Source: an uncultured Thermodesulfobacteriota bacterium | Lineage (GTDB): Bacteria; Desulfobacterota; GWC2-55-46; JADFVP01 | Direction of reading: 5' to 3' | NCBI GenBank assembly: GCA_964567185.1 | Contig: CAZMKZ010000002.1 | Location: 4,466-68,465, forward strand | Length of the DNA stretch: 64,000 nucleotides | Shown: one piece after another, positions 29,133 through 39,680 of the stretch | Layout of the letters: every line of letters begins with the position of its first letter | Position numbering within the stretch: the first letter of the stretch is position 1 | Program-made: the position numbers and the translations under genes | Notes under the pieces: model-generated | What the model saw: the letters and a program-made list of their open reading frames with translations, nothing else | What the model was told of the DNA's origin: nothing | The model's database searches: none

Positions 29133-30347
29133 TCAGGAGCGTCCCTTCTTATTCATAAGGCTCTCAAGCTTGAGAGAAAGGGAGCTGATGCTTATAAAAC
29201 CCTCGGCATCGCGCTGGTCATAGACTTTATCGGCCTCAAAGGTGGCAAGCTCCGGGTTATAGAGGCTCTTATCGGCCTTTCTGCCGACTATTACGCAGTT
29301 GCCCTTGTAAAGTTTAAGACGGGCACGGCCCGTAATAACAGAGGCGGCCCTGTCAAAGAAGGCCTGCAGGGACTTTCTTTCCTCAGAGTACCAGTATCCG
29401 TAGTAGATAATCTCGGCGTAACGGGGGATAAGGGAATTTCGTAGATGCATGACATCCCTGCTCATGGTAATGGACTCCACGGCCCTTCTGCCCTGGTGCA
29501 GTATGGTGCCGCCGGGGGTCTCGTATATGCCCCGCGACTTCATGCCAACGTATCTGCTCTCCACCATATCAACCATGCCCACGGCATTGGCCCCGCCAAG
29601 GGTATTGAGCCTGGCGAGTAGCTTTGCCGGGCTCATCCTCCGCCCGTTAAGGGCCACGGCGTCGCCGCCCTCGTAATCTATCTCTATATAGGTGGCTTTG
29701 TCAGGGGCCTTTTCCAGAGGCACGGTATAACGGAACATATCCTCGGGCGGCTCCACATAGGGGTCTTCAAGGACGCCGCCCTCAAAGCTCAGGTGCAAGA
29801 GGTTTCCGTCACAGCTGTATGGCTTTTTCCTCGTAACAGGCACATGGATGCCGTGAGTCTTTGCATAGGCGATGAGGTCGCTCCGGCCCTTCAAGTCCCA
29901 CTCGCGCCACGGGGCGATTACCTTGATATCGGGGTTGATGTAATAATAGGTAAGCTCGAACCTCACCTGATCGTTGCCCTTGCCCGTTGCCCCGTGGGCA
30001 ACGGCGTCAGACCTTGTCTTTTTCGCCACTTCCATCTGCGCCTTTGCGATAAGGGGCCTCGCTATGGCCGTGCCGAGCAGATACTCACCCTCGTATACGG
30101 CCCCGGCCCTTATCATGGGGAATACAAAATCACGGGCGAACTCTTCCTTCAGGTCCAGTATATGTATGCTCTCGGCTCCCGTCTTCATGGCCTTTGCCCG
30201 AAGGCCCTTTATCTCGCCGCCCTGACCTACGTCGGCCACAAAGGCCACGACCTCGCAGCCGTAGTTTTCCTTAATCCATTTTATTATTATGGAAGTATCA
30301 AGACCGCCGGAATACGCAAGGACAACTCTTTTTACCTTCTTATCCAT
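29133..30347 (-). CDS. argG: Argininosuccinate synthase
   Basis: [11 protein letters not shown]-loop and full-length similarity. Confidence 0.95.
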   Translation of the reverse strand: MDKKVKRVVLAYSGGLDTSIIIKWIKENYGCEVVAFVADVGQGGEIKGLRAKAMKTGAESIHILDLKEEFARDFVFPMIRAGAVYEGEYLLGTAIARPLIAKAQMEVAKKTRSDAVAHGATGKGNDQVRFELTYYYINPDIKVIAPWREWDLKGRSDLIAYAKTHGIHVPVTRKKPYSCDGNLLHLSFEGGVLEDPYVEPPEDMFRYTVPLEKAPDKATYIEIDYEGGDAVALNGRRMSPAKLLARLNTLGGANAVGMVDMVESRYVGMKSRGIYETPGGTILHQGRRAVESITMSRDVMHLRNSLIPRYAEIIYYGYWYSEERKSLQAFFDRAASVITGRARLKLYKGNCVIVGRKADKSLYNPELATFEADKVYDQRDAEGFISISSLSLKLESLMNKKGRS

Positions 30348-30493
30348 CTCTACCCCTTTATCCCGTTTTTTTTGAATAGCCGAACCTTGAAAAGGCGGCT
30401 CCTCTCAAGCCATCAGAAGATGGCGAAATTCCTTATCCCTCGAATCACTCCCCCCCTTACCCGAAACATCACAGGGGGGCATAAGCCCCCTGC

Positions 30494-31411
30494 CTAATCG
30501 CCGGCCCCCTCACCGCAGAGAAGCCGCTCAAGGACGGCCTTCTGCATATGCAGCCTGTTCTCCGCCTGCTCCCAGACAACGGAATGGGGCCCCTCTATGA
30601 CATCATCGGTAATTTCCTCGCCCCTGTGGGCCGGAAGGCAATGGAGGACAATGGCCTCTTTATCGGCCAGAGCCAATAACTCGTCATTTATCTGATACCC
30701 CCGGAACACGGCCTCTCTCTTCACCTGCTCCTCTTCCTGCCCCATGGAGGCCCAGACATCGGTGCTTATGACGTCTGCACCGCGAACGGCCTCTTCCACG
30801 CTCTCCATTACCCTGATATTATCCCCTCCGCCGACCTCCGCAAGGAGCCTTTTATCAGGGGTGTAGCCCGAAGGACAGGCGAGCCTCAACTCGAAACCAA
30901 GCCTTGCGGCGGCCTCTATCCATGAGTTTGCCATGTTATTTCCATCGCCTACCCAGCAGGCCTTTATACCCTCATAGCTCCCCTTTTGTTCCACAACCGT
31001 AAGTATATCGGCAAGTACCTGACAGGGATGATGGGCGTCGGTAAGGCCGTTTATAACAGGCACCGTGGAGTAGCGGGCGTATTGCTCCAGTTTGTCATGG
31101 CCAAAGGTTCGTATCACCACAACATCCACATAACCTGACATGACCCGCGCCGTATCTTTAATGGGTTCGCCGCGGCCTATCTGCGAGTCCTTGGGACTTA
31201 AGAATATGGCGGAGCCCCCAAGGTGATACATGGCCGTCTCAAAAGAAACGCGCGTACGAGTCGATGATTTTTCGAAGATAAGCCCCATGACGCGGCCCCG
31301 CAGAGGCTGGTGCGGTATGCCCCTCCTGTGCCGCTCCTTGAGGCTCGCGGCCATGCTCAAGAGCTCGTCTATATCCTTTTTTTCAAGATCAAATACCCTT
31401 AATAGATGCAT
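30494..31411 (-). CDS. argF: Ornithine carbamoyltransferase
   Basis: STRTRVSFE and HCLP motifs. Confidence 0.93.
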   Translation of the reverse strand: MHLLRVFDLEKKDIDELLSMAASLKERHRRGIPHQPLRGRVMGLIFEKSSTRTRVSFETAMYHLGGSAIFLSPKDSQIGRGEPIKDTARVMSGYVDVVVIRTFGHDKLEQYARYSTVPVINGLTDAHHPCQVLADILTVVEQKGSYEGIKACWVGDGNNMANSWIEAAARLGFELRLACPSGYTPDKRLLAEVGGGDNIRVMESVEEAVRGADVISTDVWASMGQEEEQVKREAVFRGYQINDELLALADKEAIVLHCLPAHRGEEITDDVIEGPHSVVWEQAENRLHMQKAVLERLLCGEGAGD

Positions 31412-31512
31412 ATAACCTCATGGCTTTTTTTATTTTGTATTCTTGCGGCGCTTTGCGCCGATGCAATGGTGATACGTCCATGCCCAATTGGTTTTATTTG
31501 CCAGACTTTTCC

Positions 31513-32724
31513 CTAAAAAGAACCAAGAACCCTGCCGAGTATATCGGCCATCTCGTCCACCTCTTCTGATGTTATGGTAAGGGGAGGCAAAAACCGAAGG
31601 ACATTCTCTCCCGCGCCAATAACAAGAAGAGCCCCGGCAAGGCACGCGCTCACTATCACCGCCACCGGGACCTCTACCTCCATGCCGATAATAAGGCCCT
31701 TGCCCCGCACGTTTTTTATAAAAGAGTACTTTTCTTTAAGGGCCAGCAATTTCTTAAGGATATACTCACCCATCTTTACGCAGTTGGAAAGGACGTCATC
31801 GGCCAGTATGGTCTTCACGGTGGCCACCCCGGCGGCGGTTGCAAGGGGATTACCGCCAAAGGTCGATGCGTGGCTTCCCGGCCCAAAGGCCCCGGCAACT
31901 GAATCGTCCACCAGCATGGCCCCTATGGCCATGCCCCCGCCAAGGGCCTTGGCAAGGGTCATTATGTGAGGCGCGGCCCCAAAGTGCTCATAGGCGAAGA
32001 GCCTGCCCGTCCTGCCGACGCCCACCTGCACCTCGTCGAAGATAAGCAGGGCGCCGGTCTTCTCGCATATGGCCTTAAGGCCCTTCAGATACGCCGGGTC
32101 AGGCACGTTCACACCGCCCTCGCCCTGTATGGGCTCCACCATTACGGCGGCCGTATCCGCGTCAATGGCATTTTCCACGGCGGCCAGATCATTAAAAGGC
32201 AGGTAGGTAAACTTTTCAAGAAAGGGCTCGAAACCCTTCCTCACCTTGTCCTGACCCGTAGCCGAGAGCGTGGCGAATGTCCTGCCGTGAAAAGACCTCT
32301 CCATGGTAAGGACCTTGAAACGGCGCTCGCCCCTGTCGGCAAAAAACTTCCTCGCCAGCTTTATGGCCGCCTCGTTGGCCTCGGCCCCGGAGTTGCAGAA
32401 AAAGACCTTATGGGCAAAGGAATTTTCCGTAAGGAGTTTTGCCAGCTCGGCCTGCGGCTTGATGTGATAGAGGTTGGAGATATGGATAAGCCTTTCGGCC
32501 TGCTCCTGAATGGCCCGCACCACGGCGGGATGGCAGTGCCCCAGGTTGCATACGGCTATGCCGGAAGTAAAATCAAGATACTCCTTACCCGAGGCGTCCC
32601 AAACCCGCGCGCCCTTGCCGCGCACCATGGCCACGGGAAAGCGCTTATAGGTATTGAGCACATGGGCTTCAGTAATCTCTATTATATCTTCGTTCGTCAA
32701 TGAATCACGCTCCCCGGCGCGCAT
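31513..32724 (-). CDS. argD: Acetylornithine aminotransferase
   Basis: Class III aminotransferase with PLP lysine region (TLAKALGGG). Confidence 0.9.
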   Translation of the reverse strand: MRAGERDSLTNEDIIEITEAHVLNTYKRFPVAMVRGKGARVWDASGKEYLDFTSGIAVCNLGHCHPAVVRAIQEQAERLIHISNLYHIKPQAELAKLLTENSFAHKVFFCNSGAEANEAAIKLARKFFADRGERRFKVLTMERSFHGRTFATLSATGQDKVRKGFEPFLEKFTYLPFNDLAAVENAIDADTAAVMVEPIQGEGGVNVPDPAYLKGLKAICEKTGALLIFDEVQVGVGRTGRLFAYEHFGAAPHIMTLAKALGGGMAIGAMLVDDSVAGAFGPGSHASTFGGNPLATAAGVATVKTILADDVLSNCVKMGEYILKKLLALKEKYSFIKNVRGKGLIIGMEVEVPVAVIVSACLAGALLVIGAGENVLRFLPPLTITSEEVDEMADILGRVLGSF

Positions 32725-32744
32725 ATGGGCGGCACCTCCGCCGT

Positions 32745-33626
32745 TCAGGCAGGCACAATCTCTTCGAGCTCTTTTTTAAGGGCCATAACCGTGCCTATGC
32801 CCGCGTCGGTAAAGACCTCAAGAAGCACGGCGTGCTCTACCCTTCCGTCTATGATATGGGACCTCTTCACGCCATCGGCCACGGCCCCGACGCAACACCT
32901 TATCTTCGGTATCATGCCGCCCGTTGCCACGCCCGTGGTTATGAGCCTGCGCGCGTGCGCCAGAGTAAGGGTGGAATGAAGTTTTCCTGCCTTTGAAAGC
33001 ACACCTGCCACATCGGTAAGAAGTATTAGTTTCTCGGCCCCAAGGGCCGAGGCAACGCGGCCCGCCACTGTATCGGCGTTGATGTTATAACTCTTGCCGC
33101 CCTCACCACAGCCGACAGGGGCTATGACGGGTATAAAACTACTATCTTCAAGTGAGCGTATTACGGCGGGGTTGATGGACTCCACCTCGCCTACCCGCCC
33201 CATCTTCTCGCCCTTTATCTTCAGCCTCTTCGCCTTGATAAGGCCGCCGTCCTTTCCGCCTATGCCCACGGCCTTTCCGCCGTAATGGTTAATAAGCCCC
33301 ACTATCTCTTTATTAACCTTGCCCACAAGGACCATCTCCACCACATCCATGGTCTCGTCATCAGTAACACGGATGCCCTTGACAAAGCGGGTCTTCATGC
33401 CCAGCTTGCCGAGTAGCCCGCCTATCTGCGGGCCTCCTCCGTGAACAATAACGGGGTTGAGGCCCACGTACTTCATGAGTACAATGTCGCGTGCAAAGCT
33501 CTTTTTGAGGGACTCGTCCACCATGGCAGACCCGCCGTACTTGATGACAATGGTCTTGGAGCGGAACTTCCGTATATAGGGAAGGGCCTCGAAAAGTGTC
33601 TTTATCTTCGCTATCTGCGTCTTCAT
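32745..33626 (-). CDS. argB: Acetylglutamate kinase
   Basis: Amino-acid kinase fold ([15 protein letters not shown]). Confidence 0.93.
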   Translation of the reverse strand: MKTQIAKIKTLFEALPYIRKFRSKTIVIKYGGSAMVDESLKKSFARDIVLMKYVGLNPVIVHGGGPQIGGLLGKLGMKTRFVKGIRVTDDETMDVVEMVLVGKVNKEIVGLINHYGGKAVGIGGKDGGLIKAKRLKIKGEKMGRVGEVESINPAVIRSLEDSSFIPVIAPVGCGEGGKSYNINADTVAGRVASALGAEKLILLTDVAGVLSKAGKLHSTLTLAHARRLITTGVATGGMIPKIRCCVGAVADGVKRSHIIDGRVEHAVLLEVFTDAGIGTVMALKKELEEIVPA

Positions 33627-33737
33627 TTTTTTTACAATCCGTCTGTCTTCAGCCCGGCATGGGCCTCAAGGAGGGCCGCCCATATTCCCCTCAAAATCCA
33701 TGAGCCGCCGCGCGCCTCTATCCCCCCGCCGAATGGC

Positions 33738-35093
33738 TTAAAGAATATACCTTGAGAGGTCCTCGTCCTCAACTATATCAGCGAGCCTGCTGGTTACATA
33801 CTCCTTGTCCACGACTACCTTCTCGCCGCTCATGTCTGGGGCCTTGAAGGATACCTCGTCAAAGACCCTCTCCATCACCGTATGGAGTCTTCTCGCGCCG
33901 ATGTTCTCCATCCTCTCATTTACAAGGGTGGCTATCCGGGCCATCTCCACAACGGCGTCGTCGGTGTACTCTATGGTTATGTCTTCAGTCTCAAGGAGCT
34001 CCTTGTACTGCTTGAGAAGAGCGTTTTTCGGCTCCTTGAGTATCCTTACAAACTCCTTCTCTCCAAGGGTGGTAAGCTCCACCCTTATGGGAAACCTGCC
34101 CTGAAACTCGGGTATAAGGTCCGACGGTTTTGCCACGTGAAAGGCCCCTGAGGCCACAAAGAGTATATGGTCCGTCTTCACCATGCCGTACTTGGTGTTC
34201 ACCGTGGAGCCCTCTACTATGGGCAGAAGGTCGCGTTGCACGCCCTCGCGCGAGACATCGGGGCCCTGGCCGGACTGGCGGCCCGCAATTTTATCTATCT
34301 CGTCGATAAAGACTATGCCCGACTGCTCGACCCTGTCCACGGCCTTTTTCATGACAACATCCATGTCTATGAGCCTTGCCGCCTCTTCCTGCGTAAGGAG
34401 CACAAGGGCCTCCGGGACCTTGAGCTTCCTCTTCTTGCTTTTCTTGGGAAAGATGTTCGAGAACATGTCCTTGAGGTTCATATCCATGTCATCGGCGCCT
34501 GAGGCAGAGAGAATCTCGATAACGGGCGTCTTCTGCTCCGAGGTCTCTATCTCCACGACCCTCTCGGAGAGCTTACCCTCGCGCAGAAGTTTGCGGAGCT
34601 TGTCCCTTGTCTTTCTCTGCAGGTCACGCTCCCCCTCGCGCCTCTCCTCGTCAACTTCCTGATAGGGCGGCGAAGTGGCGGGGGGCAGGAGGCAATCAAG
34701 GAGCCTCTCCTCGGCAAATTCCTCGGCCTTTGCCTGAACCTTTAGCTTTTCCTCATCTTTTACCATCTTTACCGATAGCTCCGTGAGGTCCCGTATGATG
34801 CTCTCCACGTCACGGCCCACGTAGCCCACCTCTGTGAACTTACTGGCCTCCACCTTTACAAAAGGGGCCTCGGCGAGCTTGGCGAGACGGCGCGAAATCT
34901 CAGTTTTGCCCACGCCTGTGGGGCCTATCATGATGATGTTCTTCGGGGCTATCTCGTCGCGAAGCTCCGGCCTTACCTGCTGGCGGCGCCACCTGTTGCG
35001 AAGCGCTATGGCAACGGCACGCTTGGCCTCGCCCTGCCCTATTATATATTTATCAAGCTCCGAGACTATCTCCCTCGGCGTAAAATTTTTCAT
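33738..35093 (-). CDS. hslU: ATP-dependent protease ATPase subunit HslU
   Basis: [17 protein letters not shown] Walker A and a C-terminal AAA+ lid. Confidence 0.95.
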   Translation of the reverse strand: MKNFTPREIVSELDKYIIGQGEAKRAVAIALRNRWRRQQVRPELRDEIAPKNIIMIGPTGVGKTEISRRLAKLAEAPFVKVEASKFTEVGYVGRDVESIIRDLTELSVKMVKDEEKLKVQAKAEEFAEERLLDCLLPPATSPPYQEVDEERREGERDLQRKTRDKLRKLLREGKLSERVVEIETSEQKTPVIEILSASGADDMDMNLKDMFSNIFPKKSKKRKLKVPEALVLLTQEEAARLIDMDVVMKKAVDRVEQSGIVFIDEIDKIAGRQSGQGPDVSREGVQRDLLPIVEGSTVNTKYGMVKTDHILFVASGAFHVAKPSDLIPEFQGRFPIRVELTTLGEKEFVRILKEPKNALLKQYKELLETEDITIEYTDDAVVEMARIATLVNERMENIGARRLHTVMERVFDEVSFKAPDMSGEKVVVDKEYVTSRLADIVEDEDLSRYIL

Positions 35094-35116
35094 CTTAACA
35101 ATCCCTTCCTATGCGA

Positions 35117-35653
35117 TTATAGTTCTTCGATTGAAATATTATTATTCGTGTAGATGCATATCTCCGAGGCCATGCCGATGGCCTCCATTGCTATGCCCTT
35201 TGCGTCGAGCTCCGTATGCTTGAGGAGCATGCGCGCCGCGGCCATGGCATATGGGCCGCCTGAGCCTATGGAGGCGATGCCGTTCTCCGGCTCGATAACA
35301 TCGCCGCTGCCGGAGATGATAAAGCTGTGGTCCTTATCGGCCACTATAAGCAGGGCCTCAAGCCTGCGGAGTATCTTGTCTGTTCTCCAGTCTTTGGCGA
35401 GCTCAACGGCGGCCCTTGCGAGGTTGCCGCGAAACTCGCCGAGCTTGGACTCGAACTTGTCATAGAGGGTCATGGCGTCGGCCGTTGAACCGGCAAAACC
35501 GGCAAGGGCCTTTCCGCTCTTCATCCTCCGTATCTTTATGGCCGAACTCTTCATCACCGTGGCGCCGAGGGTCACCTGCCCGTCACCGGCTATGGCTACC
35601 TTGCCCCCTCGCCTTACGGCTATAATAGTGGTTCCGTGAAAGCCCTTCTTCAC
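35117..35653 (-). CDS. hslV: ATP-dependent protease subunit HslV
   Basis: N-terminal Thr (after Met removal, TTIIAVRRG). 178 aa. Confidence 0.95.
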   Translation of the reverse strand: MKKGFHGTTIIAVRRGGKVAIAGDGQVTLGATVMKSSAIKIRRMKSGKALAGFAGSTADAMTLYDKFESKLGEFRGNLARAAVELAKDWRTDKILRRLEALLIVADKDHSFIISGSGDVIEPENGIASIGSGGPYAMAAARMLLKHTELDAKGIAMEAIGMASEICIYTNNNISIEEL

Positions 35654-35723
35654 CTTTGACGCTCCTTATCATAAAAAAAGTTCAAATTCACCCCTCACCC
35701 CCCCCTGCCCCCGGCAGGCCCCG

Positions 35724-36686
35724 TCATTTACCGCCCTTGCCGTGCCCTCCAGCGCGCGGATGGGCCCGGTCATATACCTTCATAAGCCCCTCTATGCCCA
35801 CGCTGGTGTATCTCTGCGTGGTGGAGAGCTTGCTGTGCCCCAGCATCTCCTGAATAGACCTCAAGTCAACGCCTGCGTCAAGGAGATGGGTGGCGAAACT
35901 ATGCCTCAGCGTATGGGGCGTAGGTGTCTTGTTAATGCCGCTTGAAATGGCGTACTTTCTCACCAGCCTCTGAACCGTCCTTGGAGATATTCCCCTGCTC
36001 CCCTTCAGCCCGGCTATAAAGAGGCGCGAATCACCCCCCGAGGCTCCATCGGCACCATTGACGGCCTCGCGTGCCTCAAGATAGGCGCCAAGCGCGGCCA
36101 TGGCCCTGGCGCCGAGAAAGGCAAGCCGCGTCTTTGAGCCCTTGCCGAGGACCCGTATGACCCCGCCCTCCATGTCAAGGTCACGGAGCCTTAACCCCGT
36201 GAGCTCCCCGACGCGAATGCCCGATGAATAAAGGACCTCCAAAATGGCCGAGTCCCGCAAGGCCCTGAAGCCCCCGCCGCCCCGGGCTACGGGAACCGAG
36301 TCGATAAGAGAGCCGGCCTCCTCGGCCGTAAGGGCCGAGGGAAGAAAACTGCCCGTCCTCGGCGAGGGCACAAGCTCCGCCGGGTTGGATGTAAGATCTC
36401 CTTTTCTTACGAGAAATCGAAAAAAACTCCTTATTGATGAGAGTTTTCTCGCTATGGAGACCTTTGCGCATCTATGATAGAGGTCCTGGACAAATGCCCT
36501 CACTTCGCTGCTCGTAACGCGGAGCGCGTCAACGTCTTCAGTTCGGGGGCCTTCGGCAGTGGAGACAAGGAATGCACGAAACTGTCTTAAATCCCTCGCG
36601 TAGGCGGCCCTGGTATGAGAGGACGAGTTCCTCTCTACGGCGAGGTATGTCAAGAACCTGTCAATAGAGGATAGCATATCTGTCAT
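35724..36686 (-). CDS. xerC: Tyrosine recombinase XerC/XerD
   Basis: Catalytic R...HxxR...Y (HTLRHSFATHLL...TQRYT). The xerC-hslV-hslU gene order is conserved. Confidence 0.88.
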   Translation of the reverse strand: MTDMLSSIDRFLTYLAVERNSSSHTRAAYARDLRQFRAFLVSTAEGPRTEDVDALRVTSSEVRAFVQDLYHRCAKVSIARKLSSIRSFFRFLVRKGDLTSNPAELVPSPRTGSFLPSALTAEEAGSLIDSVPVARGGGGFRALRDSAILEVLYSSGIRVGELTGLRLRDLDMEGGVIRVLGKGSKTRLAFLGARAMAALGAYLEAREAVNGADGASGGDSRLFIAGLKGSRGISPRTVQRLVRKYAISSGINKTPTPHTLRHSFATHLLDAGVDLRSIQEMLGHSKLSTTQRYTSVGIEGLMKVYDRAHPRAGGHGKGGK

Positions 36687-36801
36687 TAGCGGCCCCGCAG
36701 TGCCTTTTGTCCGGCTATACGTAAGACCTCAATAAAGATTTTTTCATAATAACACCTGCATAAGGAACCTTCAACCGTTTTTGCCGACAACCCCTCTAAC
36801 T

Positions 36802-37518
36802 CTAATGCAGGCGTTTCATAAACCTGCGGCCCCTTAGCCAGTGAGAATTATTATCCCACGAAAAATATATTATGAAGGCCCTGCCCTTTATGTCGCGCAT
36901 GGGCAGGGTTCCCCAGAAACGCGAATCATAACTATTCTCCCTGTTGTCTCCCATGGCAAATATGCGCCCCGCCGGCACAAGGTAGGGCCCGAAGTTATCG
37001 CCCTCTTCCGTGCTGTTGCCGTACATATTTCCCTTATGAACGGCGTAAGGGTCCTTTATCGGTTCTCCGTTGATGTATATGACACGGTCACGCACCTCTA
37101 CGGTGTCTCCGGGAAGCCCTATGGCGCGCTTTATATAATCCTTTCTCCTGTCCCCGGGAAAACGGAATACTATGATATCCCCGCGCTTCACGCCGCCCCA
37201 GACGTTAACAAGCCTCGTCTCAAAAAAGGGCACCCGCATACCAAAAACAGATATCATGGCTGGCCTTGGGATCTGTATGCCATAGGCAAATTTACTCACA
37301 AGGATATGATCGCCGATAAGGAGGGTATCCTCCATGGAGGGCGAGGGAATCTTGAAGGCCTGCACAACAAACGTGCGTATAATAAGGGCAAGGACAATGG
37401 CGATGATTACGGCCTGCGACGTATCCCTGAACTGGCCCTTCTTGGGCTTTTTAGCCTTGCCCGACGGCGGTGCGCTGAACCTGCCTTTTATCTCAACATC
37501 TTCGTCTGTTTTTTTCAT
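36802..37518 (-). CDS. lepB: Signal peptidase I
   Basis: Catalytic SPSMEDTL box B and GDNRENSYDSR box E. Confidence 0.9.
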   Translation of the reverse strand: MKKTDEDVEIKGRFSAPPSGKAKKPKKGQFRDTSQAVIIAIVLALIIRTFVVQAFKIPSPSMEDTLLIGDHILVSKFAYGIQIPRPAMISVFGMRVPFFETRLVNVWGGVKRGDIIVFRFPGDRRKDYIKRAIGLPGDTVEVRDRVIYINGEPIKDPYAVHKGNMYGNSTEEGDNFGPYLVPAGRIFAMGDNRENSYDSRFWGTLPMRDIKGRAFIIYFSWDNNSHWLRGRRFMKRLH

Positions 37519-37641
37519 ATATACCTTTTTTACTACAATAAAATACCGTAAAACAACGAGAGGGCCGGATAGAAGCCGGCAATGGCGTGGTTTTCACCGG
37601 CATGGCCCTGCTTTTTTACCGACTACGCCCGCCCCCCCCTG

Positions 37642-39471
37642 CTAATCCACCTTCAATACGGCAAGAAAGGCCTCCTGCGGGATATCCACCCGGCCAACCT
37701 GTTTCATCCTCTTCTTGCCTTCTTTTTGCTTCTCAATAAGTTTTCTTTTTCGCGTAATATCACCGCCGTAGCACTTGGCCGTGACGTTCTTTCGCATGGC
37801 CTTCACCGTTTCTCTGGCGATGACACGGCTCCCGATGGAGGCCTGAATAACCACCTCGAACATCTGCCTCGGTATTATGGACCTCATCTTCTCGGCGAGG
37901 AGCCTCCCGCGCGCATAGGCCCGCTCTCTTGGTACGATTAGAGAGAGGGCGTCCACGACCTCGCCGTTAATGAGGATATCGAGCTTTATAAGGTCCGCGG
38001 GCCGTGAATCAAGGTACTCGTAATCCATGGAGGCATAACCCCTTGTGAGGGTCTTCAGTCGGTCGTAGAAGTCCAGCACCACCTCGTTAAGGGGCAACTC
38101 ATAGATGAGGAGCGCCCTTGCCGGGGTAATGTATCTTATCTCCTTCTGTATGCCGCGGCGCTCCTCGCAGAGCTTGAGCACCGCGCCGAGATACTCCGAG
38201 GGCAGGTGCACGGTGGCCTCAATAAAGGGCTCTTCAATAAAATCTATGTACTGCGGGGTGGGCAGGTTTATGGGGTTATCCACCTCCAGCACAGTGCCGT
38301 CCGTCTTCGTGACCCTGTAGCTCACCGTTGGCGCCGTGGTAATAAGCTCAAGGCCGTACTCACGCTCTAACCTCTCCTTTATTATCTCCATGTGAAATAG
38401 CCCTAAAAAACCGCACCTGAAGCCGAAACCAAGAGCAAGGGATGTTTCGGGCTCGAAGCTGAAGGACGAGTCGTTGAGGCGGAGCTTCACCATGGCCTCC
38501 TTGAGCCCCTCGTACTGGCCCGAGTCCACGGGATAGAGCCCTGAAAAGACCATGGCCTTTACGGTCTTGTAACCCTCAAGGGGGCGCTCCACGCCGCCCA
38601 CGGCACAGGTTATGGTGTCGCCTACATGGACGTCCCTTACATCCTTTATGGCCGCCGTGAAAAAACCTACCTCTCCGGGGCCGAGCTCGTCCGTGGGCGT
38701 GGCGCCCGGTGAAAAAACGCCTACGCTCTCCACGTTGAATACCTTGCCGGTGGCGTAAAACTTTATCTTCATGTCCTTTTTGATAAGACCGTCATAGACC
38801 CGAATCTGCACGATGACGCCCTGATAGGTATCATACCAGGAGTCAAAAACAAGGGCCTTCAGGGGCGCGGACTCCTCTCCCACAGGGGGAGGTATGCGCG
38901 CCACAATGGCCTCAAGGGTCTCCTCGATGCCGATGCCCTGCTTGGCGCTGGCAAGCACGGCCTCTGAGGCGTCAAGACCGAGGATATCCTCTATCTCGCC
39001 CTTCACCCGCTCGGGCTCTGCGTGAGGCAGGTCAATTTTATTCAGCACGGGGACTATCTCAAGACCCACGTCCACGGCCGTATAGAGATGGGCAAGGGTC
39101 TGGGCCTCCACGCCCTGCGAGGCGTCAACAATGAGCACGGCTCCCTCGCATGCCGAGAGCGAACGGGAGACCTCGTAGCTGAAATCCACATGGCCCGGCG
39201 TATCAATGAGGTTCAGGACGTAATCCTCTCCGTCTCTTGCGTGATAGATAAGCCGTGCGGTCTGCGCCTTTATGGTGATGCCGCGCTCCCGCTCAAGGTC
39301 CATCTTGTCAAGGAACTGATTGGCCTGCTCGCGCTCCGTAATCGTGCCCGTATGCTCAAGGAGGCGGTCAGAGAGCGTGCTCTTGCCGTGGTCTATATGG
39401 GCTATAATGGAAAAATTTCTTATCTTGTCTATATCTGTCATGCTTTTTTGCCGGCCTTCAGGCAGATTCAC
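37642..39471 (-). CDS. lepA: Elongation factor 4 (LepA)
   Basis: GTPase motifs (AHIDHGKST) and the LepA-specific C-terminal domain. Confidence 0.95.
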   Translation of the reverse strand: MNLPEGRQKSMTDIDKIRNFSIIAHIDHGKSTLSDRLLEHTGTITEREQANQFLDKMDLERERGITIKAQTARLIYHARDGEDYVLNLIDTPGHVDFSYEVSRSLSACEGAVLIVDASQGVEAQTLAHLYTAVDVGLEIVPVLNKIDLPHAEPERVKGEIEDILGLDASEAVLASAKQGIGIEETLEAIVARIPPPVGEESAPLKALVFDSWYDTYQGVIVQIRVYDGLIKKDMKIKFYATGKVFNVESVGVFSPGATPTDELGPGEVGFFTAAIKDVRDVHVGDTITCAVGGVERPLEGYKTVKAMVFSGLYPVDSGQYEGLKEAMVKLRLNDSSFSFEPETSLALGFGFRCGFLGLFHMEIIKERLEREYGLELITTAPTVSYRVTKTDGTVLEVDNPINLPTPQYIDFIEEPFIEATVHLPSEYLGAVLKLCEERRGIQKEIRYITPARALLIYELPLNEVVLDFYDRLKTLTRGYASMDYEYLDSRPADLIKLDILINGEVVDALSLIVPRERAYARGRLLAEKMRSIIPRQMFEVVIQASIGSRVIARETVKAMRKNVTAKCYGGDITRKRKLIEKQKEGKKRMKQVGRVDIPQEAFLAVLKVD

Positions 39472-39619
39472 CCCTCATAGAGGGCAGGTCCTCCGCTTAC
39501 GTTATAATTTTAAAAACAAATTATCATTTTAATCCATACAGTTACTTCCTGTCAAAGTAAAAGGAAACTATCTTACGGAAGATAAAAATCTGATTAGAGA
39601 CAACGGGTATGGCGGGAAG

Positions 39620-39653
39620 AAAAAAAACGGGCCGGCAAATCATCTACCGGCCC
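39620..39653 (-). terminator. Rho-independent terminator of the SBBP gene
   Basis: A gggccgg / ccggccc stem with an 11-nt loop, followed on the minus strand by eight Ts. Confidence 0.7.
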
Positions 39654-39680
39654 TGATTCATGTATTTACAAGATAAGGAG

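Noticed and set aside
30348-33737. Search for ArgR ARG boxes (TNTGAAT-N4-ATTCANW) in the arg gene intergenic regions
   Set aside because: No convincing match was seen by eye in the argB, argF or argG upstream regions, so regulation may differ. This cannot be settled without a PWM scan.
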